From Fimbriimonadaceae bacterium (GTDB lineage: Bacteria; Armatimonadota; Fimbriimonadia; Fimbriimonadales; Fimbriimonadaceae), in the NCBI GenBank assembly GCA_039811705.1, contig JBDHZD010000006.1:690-64689 (forward strand): DNA of 64,000 nucleotides, written 5' to 3'. Under the pieces are notes generated by a model. That model did not search any database. It was not told the DNA's origin and saw nothing but the letters and a program-made list of their open reading frames with translations. How positions within the stretch are numbered: position 1 is the stretch's first letter; every line of letters starts with the position of its first letter. Made by a program: the position numbers and the translations under genes. Positions 56,731-64,000 of this stretch are shown one piece after another.

Positions 56731-56739
56731 TCATGCATT

Positions 56740-57141
56740 GTGAGACTCAAGCTGGAAGCCGTTGTCGTCTTCGGTGGGGTTTTGGCGAGCTTTGCGCTGG
56801 CGATTCCACCAAGTCCTTGTGTGCCGCCAAATCTATGTCCGGAGTGAGTGTGGTCCCAGAATGGACAAGGTTGCGGGCCGACCTCAGTCATCGAAACGGT
56901 GAACACCAACCAGAATGTGAACCTGAAGTACTGCACGAAGCGCAACCCAGAGTTCCACGGGTGTCCGGTTCCCGTAGGCCAATGCAACGAAGAAGAGTGG
57001 TGGTACTACACCAAGGCTGAGATTCGATGCGTGAACCAAACCACGGGCGCGTATACCGTGGTTGGAACGTGTGCTTGGGCCGTGTTGAGTAGAACGAAGT
57101 CCGGCCACATGTGTCCGGCGTGCTTGGAACCCGTGGAGTAA
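56740..57141 (+). CDS. Cys-rich secreted protein whose signal peptide (56740-56844) is separated from the mature domain (tracked ORF 56848..57141) by an in-frame TGA
   Basis: The same frame reads GTG-MRLKLEAVVVFGGVLASFALAIPPSPCVPPNLCPE-TGA(56845-56847)-VWSQNGQGCGPTS... The downstream part has 10 Cys and no signal peptide of its own. Confidence 0.5.
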
Positions 57142-57145
57142 ATGG

Positions 57146-57727
57146 ATGCGCAGAACGGTCATAATACGCGGGTGGACTTTGGTCGAGGTTCTTGGTGTCG
57201 CCATGATCTTGGCTGTCTTGGCGGGCATCGTTGCGCTCGTCGCTGGGCCCCGCATGAAGCGGTCGGCAACCGTCGCCGAGGCTGGCAACCACCTTCGCCA
57301 GCTTTCGTTCGCGCTCAACCTCTACATGAACGAGCACGACGGATTGCCGCCGAGGACGATCGAGCCGTTGCTGAGCGGCCTCCCGGCTCGGGACCCGCTT
57401 GGAGGTTCGTGGCTCTACTCCTGGGTTCGGTTCACTCCCGACCGTGAAGGAATTGACTTCGCCGACTATGGCTTCGAAATCGGCAAAGACGCTGTCTTTC
57501 GCTGCTCCCGAGTCCACAACCATCGAGGCAAGGTCGAAACCCTGGTAATGCGCGTTGACGGACATCCGCCGATCGTGCAACATGTGCCCATCCTGGATGC
57601 GGGCCAGAAACTTGGCCTGCTTGGGTCTCGTTTGGATGGCAGTGTCGGCTGGTTCCCCTCGCCTCCCAATTGGGAACTGGCCCTGCCCCAAGGCCAAGAC
57701 GACCCGAACAATCCCGGACGGCGCTGA
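57146..57727 (+). CDS. Prepilin-type N-terminal cleavage/methylation protein (DUF1559-like pseudopilin)
   Basis: MRRTVIIRG|WTLVEVLGVAMILAVLAGIV (G at -1, E at +5), then AEAGNHLRQLSFALNLYMNEHDG. It starts 4 nt after the upstream stop. Confidence 0.8.
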   Translation: MRRTVIIRGWTLVEVLGVAMILAVLAGIVALVAGPRMKRSATVAEAGNHLRQLSFALNLYMNEHDGLPPRTIEPLLSGLPARDPLGGSWLYSWVRFTPDREGIDFADYGFEIGKDAVFRCSRVHNHRGKVETLVMRVDGHPPIVQHVPILDAGQKLGLLGSRLDGSVGWFPSPPNWELALPQGQDDPNNPGRR

Positions 57728-58536
57728 TGATTGCGACCTGGCGTTGGCGGGGCGTTGGCATCTTTGCGATGCTGGCAAGTGCCTTGTGGCTCGCAGTCGG
57801 GAACTGCTCCGAGTGCGCAAGGCATGGATCGCTCGCAGTTGGACTGGCATGGGCGGGATTCGCATATGCGTTGCTAATTTCGTTCACGATCGCAAAGTGG
57901 GCACCGGGTTGGATTCAATCTGTCGCTTGGGTGGCGGGCTTAGGTGCCAGCGTGGTTGGCCTTTGGATGATCAGCTTGCTGACCACCCGCTCCGGACCCT
58001 GCCCGTGGTGCCTGACGTTTTGGGCAGGCCATTACGGGTGGGTACTGCATCAAGATGCCTGGAACAAGCGACAAAGAGTTCTGTTCGTTGCCGCAATGGC
58101 AGCTTCCCTATTGGGCCTCACTGCCGTCCGGATCGATCGAGACGCTGCCTTGGAAGTCGAGACGTTTGCTTTGGCGTACCTGCCTGCGTCCTCACCTGCG
58201 CCCCAGTGGATCGCGCCAGGCCGATCCATCCATCCGGACATCGTCTTGGACGATGGAGAAACCGCACTCATTGTTTGGACCGAATGCGCCCCGTGCGGCA
58301 GGGCGGCTGCGAAGTCGGGCCTCGCCGCATTCGAGCGGGCGTATCCGAAACGAAAGGTGTGGACTTGGCCCGGAGGCGTTGCGACTCTGCCCCAATCCCT
58401 CGGCACGGACTACCTGATACCGCCCTTGACGTTCTTCGACGACTTCGGGATGAGGCCCGACGACCCTCCAGCGTTCGTCGTTTTGCGGGGTCACAAAGTC
58501 GAACGAATCGGCAGACTCGCCGACTTCCGGCAGTAG
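57727..58536 (+). CDS. VKOR/DsbB-like polytopic membrane protein fused to a thioredoxin-like domain
   Basis: ATG 57727 overlaps the upstream TGA (TGATG). There are 4-5 TM segments with CSEC and CPWC, and the C-terminal domain has WTECAPCGRAA. Confidence 0.65.
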   Translation: MIATWRWRGVGIFAMLASALWLAVGNCSECARHGSLAVGLAWAGFAYALLISFTIAKWAPGWIQSVAWVAGLGASVVGLWMISLLTTRSGPCPWCLTFWAGHYGWVLHQDAWNKRQRVLFVAAMAASLLGLTAVRIDRDAALEVETFALAYLPASSPAPQWIAPGRSIHPDIVLDDGETALIVWTECAPCGRAAAKSGLAAFERAYPKRKVWTWPGGVATLPQSLGTDYLIPPLTFFDDFGMRPDDPPAFVVLRGHKVERIGRLADFRQ

Positions 58537-58591
58537 CTCGGCCCGACTTCGGGCGACGTCAGCCGCCCAGCGGCAAGGTATCTTCGGGGGC

Positions 58592-59179
58592 GTGAACGTG
58601 CTCCCGATCCTGCTCGCCGTCGCCATGGCCGCGCCCCAAAGCACGACCTACGTCCCCGCTCAAACCAAGGTCGCCCTGCTGCCGACGGTCAACACGTCGT
58701 CCGAGAAGTGGCAGGAACTGAAGGATCAGCAGTGCCAGCGCGGCGATGGCACGCTCAGGACGCTGTTCGAATCGTACGGTTTCCACGTGCTTTCGGCGGC
58801 TGCGGTCAAGACCTATCTCGACAAGGAGTCCATTGATCTGACCGACGAGGAGAACTGGAACCGCCGCACCCTGGCCGACATCGGCAAGGGCCTCGGCGTG
58901 CGCCTGATCGCCTTCGCGCCCGTGATCGACACGCTCCAGAAGAAGGACGAGAAGCTGTTCGTGACCAGCCAGGTCGGCATCGCCAAGCTCCGCGTGTGGC
59001 TGCTCGATACCGAAACCGGCACGGCTCACCTCACGGGCAAGCCGCTCGAGGGCAAGTCGCAGAACGACTTTGGCGGCAAGGGCAGCGACCGGCAAATCCG
59101 GGCCGTGGACCTTGCCTTGGAGGCTGCGCTCAAGGAGTTCTTCAAGCCCTACAAGAAGGTCAAGACCGCCGCGAGGTAG
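58592..59179 (+). CDS. Secreted hypothetical protein
   Basis: Signal peptide MNVLPILLAVAMAAPQS. 195 aa. No family recognised. Confidence 0.55.
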   Translation: MNVLPILLAVAMAAPQSTTYVPAQTKVALLPTVNTSSEKWQELKDQQCQRGDGTLRTLFESYGFHVLSAAAVKTYLDKESIDLTDEENWNRRTLADIGKGLGVRLIAFAPVIDTLQKKDEKLFVTSQVGIAKLRVWLLDTETGTAHLTGKPLEGKSQNDFGGKGSDRQIRAVDLALEAALKEFFKPYKKVKTAAR

Positions 59180-59191
59180 ACTGGACGGACT

Positions 59192-59641
59192 ATGGCGCGG
59201 CGCAAGCCGGAGGAATGGATCTGGCAGGTCGGCACCGAGCTGCAGCGGCTCGGCCACGAGATGATTCGCATGGGCCCGACTCTGGCGCGGAAGCTTTGGG
59301 AACCCCGGATCGACGTTCTTGAATCCGCACACGGCTTCCACATCCGGTGCGAGGTGGCTGGGGTCCGTGGCGACGACATCTCGGTGACCTTCAATGCCGA
59401 GCAACAAGTGATGACGATTCGAGGCCACCGGCGCGAGGAAGACCCCGATACCGGAGACCAGGTCGCTTGTCACCAACTTGAAATCTTCTACGGCGAGTTC
59501 GAGCGAGACGTGCCTCTGCCGCTCGACTACCTTGAACTCGCCGAAACGCGAGCCCAGTACCGCAACGGCGTTCTCACCATCTGCGTACCGAAGAAGGTTG
59601 GAATCTCTCGGAAGCGCGCGGTTGCAGTGCGCGGTGCGTAG
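59192..59641 (+). CDS. Hsp20/alpha-crystallin small heat-shock protein
   Basis: ACD core FHIRCEVAGVRGDDISVTF...FERDVPLP...AQYRNGVLTICVPKK. Confidence 0.9.
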   Translation: MARRKPEEWIWQVGTELQRLGHEMIRMGPTLARKLWEPRIDVLESAHGFHIRCEVAGVRGDDISVTFNAEQQVMTIRGHRREEDPDTGDQVACHQLEIFYGEFERDVPLPLDYLELAETRAQYRNGVLTICVPKKVGISRKRAVAVRGA

Positions 59642-59731
59642 ACACACACACGTTTGCTCAGGACGATCGGCCCATGCAGGAGGTTGGCTCCATGCGTCGA
59701 AACGTCATCATGAACGAAGCAACATATCCCC

Positions 59732-62161
59732 ATGTCCGATGTCAAGCCCCTTACCCTAGACGAACTCGACGACCTCGAACTCGAGGTGGAGTCAACGGGC
59801 GGGGAGGCGTCGGACGAGGGACGCAAGCCCGAAGTCCCGAACGAACTCAACATCCTCCCTCTCCGGGATTCGGTGATCTACCCGATGCTCATCGCGCCGC
59901 TCAGCGTTGGGCGAGAGTCGGGAGTGCAACTCATCGACGAGTCGGTCGTGGGCAACAATCGCGTCATCGGCGTGGTCGCCCAGCGTGCACCACAGATCGA
60001 CAGACCTGACTTCGACGACGTGTTCGACCACGGTTGCGCCGTGATCGTGCGAACGTTGGTCAAGCTCCCGGACGGGGTTCGATTGATCGTTCAGGGCGTG
60101 TCCCGCTTCCGCATCGTGGAGCGGTTGCAGGAGCACCCCTACCTGCGCGCAAAGGTCGAAGTGCTCGAAGAGCCCGACACACCCGAGGACAAGAGCGAGG
60201 AAATCGAGGCCCTGCGCCGCTCGATCTCGTCCCTGTTCGAACAGGCCATCCGCCTCTCGCCCACGCTGCCCGAAGAGTTGCGCAGCCTGACGCAAACCGT
60301 CCAAGAAACGAACGTCATGGCCGACCTCGTCGCGGCGCACATGACACTGACCGTCGAAGAAAAGCAAGCGATCCTCGAAGAAGTCAATCTCGAAAAGCGC
60401 CTTCGCAAACTGCTGGAGTTCCTCAGCAAGGAAGTCCGCGTACTCGAACTCACGTCGAAGGTTCAAAGCGAAGTCAACACCGAGCTCAGCAAGAGCCAGC
60501 GAGACTACTACCTGCGCGAACAACTGCGAGCCATCCAGCGCGAGCTCGGCGAAACCGACGACCGCGCGGAAGATCTGGAAGAACTCCAGGAGAAGATCGA
60601 TGCCGCCCAAATGCCCGAGGAGGCGCTGAAGGAAGTCCACCGCGAGTTCGAGCGGCTAAAGCGAATGTCGCCCGGCGCGCCGGAATACACAGTCGCGCGC
60701 ACCTACGTGGACTGGATGGTCAGCATCCCTTGGTCGAAGTTCACCGAAGACATTCTCGAGTTGTCCCGGGTCAAAGACGTTCTGGACGCCGACCACTACG
60801 GCCTGGAGAAAATCAAAGACCGCATCCTCGAGTTCTTGGCCGTTCGCAAAGTCAAGACCGACGGCAAGATCCGCCAGCCCATCCTGTGCTTCTCGGGCCC
60901 TCCGGGAGTCGGCAAAACATCGCTGGGCCGGTCGATCGCCCATGCCATGGGCCGCAAATTCATCCGTATCTCCCTCGGCGGAATGCGGGACGAAGCCGAA
61001 ATCCGCGGTCACCGTAGAACGTACATCGGGGCTCTCCCGGGCCAGATCGTTCAGGGTCTGCGAAGGTGCGAGAGCCGCAACCCTGTCTTCATGCTCGACG
61101 AAATCGACAAGCTGGGCAACGACTTCCGTGGCGACCCCTCGTCTGCTCTGCTCGAAGTGCTCGACCCCGAACAGAACAGCGCCTTCCGAGACCACTACAT
61201 CGACGCGCCGCTCGATCTGAGCAATGTCTTCTTCATCACGACGGCCAACCGCCTGGACACCATCCCGCCGCCACTGCGCGACCGCATGGAGATCATCGAG
61301 CTCGGCGGCTACACCGAGGAGGAGAAGACCCAGATCGCCATCCGACACCTGATTCCAAAACAGATTGCCGAGCACGGGTTGAAGAAGTCCCAGATCGCGT
61401 TCAAAGAAGACGCGATCCACGCCTTGGTGCGTTTCTACACTCGCGAGGCGGGCGTTCGGAACTTGGAGCGCGAGATCGCCAGCGTGGTCCGCAAGGTGAC
61501 CAGGCAAGTCGCCGAGGGACGAACGTCGAAGCTGACCGTGACCAAGAAGTTCCTCGAAACCGCCTTGGGTGCGCCGCGCCATCAGTACGAGGAAGTGCTT
61601 GAGCGCGATATGAAGCCGGGCACGTCCGTCGGCCTGGTGTGGACCCCCGTGGGCGGCGACATCGTGTTCATCGAGACCGCCCTGCTTCCCGGCTCGAAGG
61701 GGCTGATCCTGACCGGCCAACTGGGCGACGTGATGAAGGAGTCGGCCATGGCCGCGCTCTCCTACCTGCGCAGCAGAGCCGCCAAGTTGGGCGTGGACCC
61801 GAAGGTCTTCGTGGACAACGAACTCCATATCCACGTGCCCGCCGGCGCCGTGCCGAAAGACGGGCCGAGCGCGGGCATCACGATCATGGTGGCTCTCGCC
61901 TCCTTGCTTACGGGTCGGGCCGTGGCGCCGCGGCTGGCAATGACCGGCGAGATGACCTTGCAAGGCCAAGTGTTGCCCGTCGGAGGCATCAAGGAGAAGG
62001 TGCTGGCCGCTCACCGTGCGGGCGTGACCACGCTGCTCCTCCCCGATCGCAACCAGAAGGACTTTCTTGAGGACGTGCCCAAGGAAGTGCGCGACCAACT
62101 GACGGTGCACTTCGTCAAGGACGCCGATCAGGTGCTGCGGTTGGCTCTGCCGAAGGGCTAG
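59732..62161 (+). CDS. lon: ATP-dependent Lon protease
   Basis: LON N-domain (LPLRDSVIYP), Walker A GPPGVGKTS, protease Ser site PKDGPSAGIT. 809 aa. Confidence 0.95.
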   Translation: MSDVKPLTLDELDDLELEVESTGGEASDEGRKPEVPNELNILPLRDSVIYPMLIAPLSVGRESGVQLIDESVVGNNRVIGVVAQRAPQIDRPDFDDVFDHGCAVIVRTLVKLPDGVRLIVQGVSRFRIVERLQEHPYLRAKVEVLEEPDTPEDKSEEIEALRRSISSLFEQAIRLSPTLPEELRSLTQTVQETNVMADLVAAHMTLTVEEKQAILEEVNLEKRLRKLLEFLSKEVRVLELTSKVQSEVNTELSKSQRDYYLREQLRAIQRELGETDDRAEDLEELQEKIDAAQMPEEALKEVHREFERLKRMSPGAPEYTVARTYVDWMVSIPWSKFTEDILELSRVKDVLDADHYGLEKIKDRILEFLAVRKVKTDGKIRQPILCFSGPPGVGKTSLGRSIAHAMGRKFIRISLGGMRDEAEIRGHRRTYIGALPGQIVQGLRRCESRNPVFMLDEIDKLGNDFRGDPSSALLEVLDPEQNSAFRDHYIDAPLDLSNVFFITTANRLDTIPPPLRDRMEIIELGGYTEEEKTQIAIRHLIPKQIAEHGLKKSQIAFKEDAIHALVRFYTREAGVRNLEREIASVVRKVTRQVAEGRTSKLTVTKKFLETALGAPRHQYEEVLERDMKPGTSVGLVWTPVGGDIVFIETALLPGSKGLILTGQLGDVMKESAMAALSYLRSRAAKLGVDPKVFVDNELHIHVPAGAVPKDGPSAGITIMVALASLLTGRAVAPRLAMTGEMTLQGQVLPVGGIKEKVLAAHRAGVTTLLLPDRNQKDFLEDVPKEVRDQLTVHFVKDADQVLRLALPKG

Positions 62162-62499
62162 AGCCCGAGCAACACGCGCAGCCGATCTTCAAGCAGGCCC
62201 ATCGTCGTGCCGGAGAGAGTGCCAACGTACCGGCCGAGCCGCATCACAGAAACCGACCGAACATCTTCTGGCTTCGCAAAACTGACTACTGAAAGACCTC
62301 CGTCAGGCGGCTCGATCCGAACATTGAGGGGCATGCGGCGGTCGCTCTTGGTCAATGGAACCACAACAACCCGGCGCATTGGACCGCTGTTGAACTCGTC
62401 AACTGAAACGACGATCGCCGGCCGGAACCCGGCCTGCTCGTGACCAATGACCGGATCGAGAGTCACGTACCACACTTGCCCTCGTTCGGGCAGGCTCAC
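62158..62499 (-). CDS. mazF: MazF/PemK-family type II toxin (mRNA interferase)
   Basis: RGQVWYVTLDPVIGHEQAGFRPAIVVS...VVVPLT. The GTG start forms a GTGA overlap with the antitoxin stop. Confidence 0.85.
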   Translation of the reverse strand: MSLPERGQVWYVTLDPVIGHEQAGFRPAIVVSVDEFNSGPMRRVVVVPLTKSDRRMPLNVRIEPPDGGLSVVSFAKPEDVRSVSVMRLGRYVGTLSGTTMGLLEDRLRVLLGL

Positions 62500-62756
62500 G
62501 GAGACTCGTCCTCATCGAGCCCGTCCATCAGGGTGGCTTCCCAAGCTCTCATCTCTTCTAGCTCGTCCTCTCGGTTCGTCAGGTCGGCGTAGGCTTGATT
62601 GCTCTGCTCGATCAGGACCTTGCGGCGGAACTGCTCCACGGCCTCTCCGACGATGTCGGTAATAGGGCGTCCCAAGGTGTCTGCCAGAAACCGAAGGCTA
62701 CGTCCGGCCTCCGGACTGACGCGGACTTGCGTGGGCGCTTTGACGGCCTTTTCCAT
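62496..62756 (-). CDS. Cognate antitoxin (86 aa, acidic C-terminus)
   Basis: I trimmed the ORF to MEKAVKAPTQVRVSPEAGRSLRFLADTLGRPITDIV (RHH-like). Acidic tail EATLMDGLDEDESP. It lies immediately upstream of the toxin and overlaps it. Confidence 0.7.
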   Translation of the reverse strand: MEKAVKAPTQVRVSPEAGRSLRFLADTLGRPITDIVGEAVEQFRRKVLIEQSNQAYADLTNREDELEEMRAWEATLMDGLDEDESP

Positions 62757-62895
62757 ACTGAATTGTGACGCTGGCGTCGCTTGTTTTGTCACCACAGTTG
62801 CTGACGTGGCGAAACGGCGGCTTTGGCCCGACACGGTCCTGCTCTCAAGCGACGCCACTGGCGCACACTGTCGAGTACACTCGCCGTAGCATCTC

Positions 62896-63354
62896 ATGCC
62901 GACCCTCGACGACTACGCGCCGTTTGCCCCGTTCACCCTTGACGAACTGGTCACGGCCGCCAACCGCTTGCTGGCCGGGTCCGCGACCGAAGAGATTCGG
63001 GAGCGCACGGTGCGCTACTACATCGCTGAAAGACTGTTGCCCCCGCCCATCTCCGGTGGCAAGAACGCTCGGTACGGTCTCGAGCACCTGCGCAGGCTTG
63101 TCGCAATCCGAACCTGGCTCGGCGAGGGAATCGGTTTGGCGGAGGCCAAGGCACGCTTGGGCGTCGCCCAAGATGCCGCGTTTCGAGGCTTGGCGGCCCC
63201 ACACCTGGGAGATCAGGCGACTGTGGTCCACAGGATCCGCCTCACCGACCGGAGCACTCTGGAGATCGATGGAGATCGGATTCAGGCGTCAGACCTAGAC
63301 CAGGCGATTGAAGCCCTCCGGGATCTTCGTCGCAATTTTCGCGACAGCCATTGA
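62896..63354 (+). CDS. MerR-like HTH protein
   Basis: ERTVRYYIAERLLPPP...YGLEHLRRLVAIRTWL resembles a MerR HTH plus dimerisation helix. 152 aa. Confidence 0.55.
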   Translation: MPTLDDYAPFAPFTLDELVTAANRLLAGSATEEIRERTVRYYIAERLLPPPISGGKNARYGLEHLRRLVAIRTWLGEGIGLAEAKARLGVAQDAAFRGLAAPHLGDQATVVHRIRLTDRSTLEIDGDRIQASDLDQAIEALRDLRRNFRDSH

Positions 63355-63386
63355 CACTGTCTACTACTGGTGTATACTGTCGCATC

Positions 63387-64000
63387 ATGAGTGTTGCGAT
63401 CACCCGACTCCCGAACCTCGACGTCAACGCGACCGCCCACGAAGACCCCGCCCAGCGGCTTCTTCTGTTGCGCTTCACCGCTGCACAAGCACCCGACACG
63501 TGGCGCGAAAAGCCCATGAAGGTCGCCCTCGTCATCGATCGCAGCGGCTCGATGGATGGCGAGAAGATCGAGATTGCCCGCGCCGCGGCGGGCCGATTCA
63601 TCCGCTCACTCGGACCCGACGACCTCGTCTCGTTGGTCGCATACGACAGCCATGTGGACTCCCTCGCCCCGCTCGCTCCTCCTTCCGAGGCGGTTGCACT
63701 CCTCGCCGAGCGCATCCACGCTCGAGGTTCGACCGATCTCTACGCGGGTTGGCTCGCCGGCGCCAAGTCCGTCGGGCGAGGCGGTCGAGTCATCCTCCTC
63801 TCCGATGGCCAAGCGAACCAGGGCCGATTCCAAGACGCTGGGAGCCTGATGCAACAGGCGGCCCGCTCCTACCAAGAGTTCGGCGTGACCACGAGCACGA
63901 TCGGCGTCGGTGCGGACTACGACGAGGGCATCATGGCCGGCATGGCGAAAGCCGGAGCCGGGGCCCACTACTTCGCCCGTGATGCGGGCGCGATCATGGA
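63387..64000 (+). CDS. von Willebrand factor A (VWA) domain protein, 3' end outside window (not in the ORF track)
   Basis: I translated it manually from ATG 63387. It reads MSVAITRLPNLD...KVALVIDRSGSMDG (MIDAS DxSxS)...LVAYDS...GSTDLYAG...ILLSDGQAN, and the frame stays open to 64000. Confidence 0.8.
   Translation, partial: MSVAITRLPNLDVNATAHEDPAQRLLLLRFTAAQAPDTWREKPMKVALVIDRSGSMDGEKIEIARAAAGRFIRSLGPDDLVSLVAYDSHVDSLAPLAPPSEAVALLAERIHARGSTDLYAGWLAGAKSVGRGGRVILLSDGQANQGRFQDAGSLMQQAARSYQEFGVTTSTIGVGADYDEGIMAGMAKAGAGAHYFARDAGAIM

Noticed and set aside
59642-59651. (AC)5 microsatellite upstream of lon
   Set aside because: It is short and intergenic, with no obvious link to a reading frame or promoter element.

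Overview
GC-rich bacterial chromosomal segment. Manual spot counts give about 63% G+C in housekeeping lines; no window-wide value was computed. It is very gene-dense, and many adjacent genes have ATGA/GTGA/TTGA start-stop overlaps that suggest translational coupling. I saw no rRNA, CRISPR array, transposase, integrase or phage genes.

Core content:
- recJ 3' end.
- SUF Fe-S operon on the minus strand: sufC-sufD-orf152-sufS-sufU-sufT-rrf2-sufA, with no sufB.
- metY, ftsE-ftsX-M23/EnvC-like, phosphomannomutase, LemA, dCMP deaminase, M55 D-aminopeptidase.
- tRNA-Cys, GH57 glucan branching enzyme, pntAA-pntAB-pntB, CrtI-like oxidoreductase, GH5 cellulase, nitronate monooxygenase, hom.
- A surface-polysaccharide block: nucleotide-sugar dehydrogenase, UXS-like epimerase, sugar transferase, O-antigen-ligase-like protein, frameshifted acyltransferase-3.
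- RNase P RNA, MerR, TPR-GT2, Hsp20, Lon, MazEF, and a MerR-like gene followed by a VWA gene that runs off the window end.

Many long ORFs in the track are antisense or N-terminally over-extended artefacts of high GC; I trimmed starts where overlaps and RBS sequences allowed.

Most interesting signals:
1. Three separate loci (24969-28101, 30323-32351, 56701-58536) pair a membrane thiol-disulfide oxidoreductase (VKOR-like or TlpA-like, each with CxxC) with small exported Cys-rich proteins. In two of the three loci a prepilin-type (DUF1559-like) protein is also present. I do not recognise this composition as a described system.
2. One Cys-rich gene has its signal peptide separated from the mature domain by an in-frame TGA in a C-P-E-TGA (CxxU-like) context.
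3. A G12 homopolymer splits the signal peptide from the body of a dockerin-like secreted protein. This is either a phase-variation switch or a homopolymer sequencing error.
4. A roughly 150-200 nt plus-strand structured element with mutually exclusive helices lies in the longest intergenic gap (43936-44260).
5. An uncharacterised 152-aa ORF is embedded in the suf operon.

Five ORFs in the window are interrupted, so assembly quality must be checked before any biological interpretation. Lineage cannot be established from the sequence alone. Prepilin-like DUF1559-type, DUF1573 and dockerin-like proteins are reminiscent of Armatimonadota or PVC-type genomes, but this is inference.
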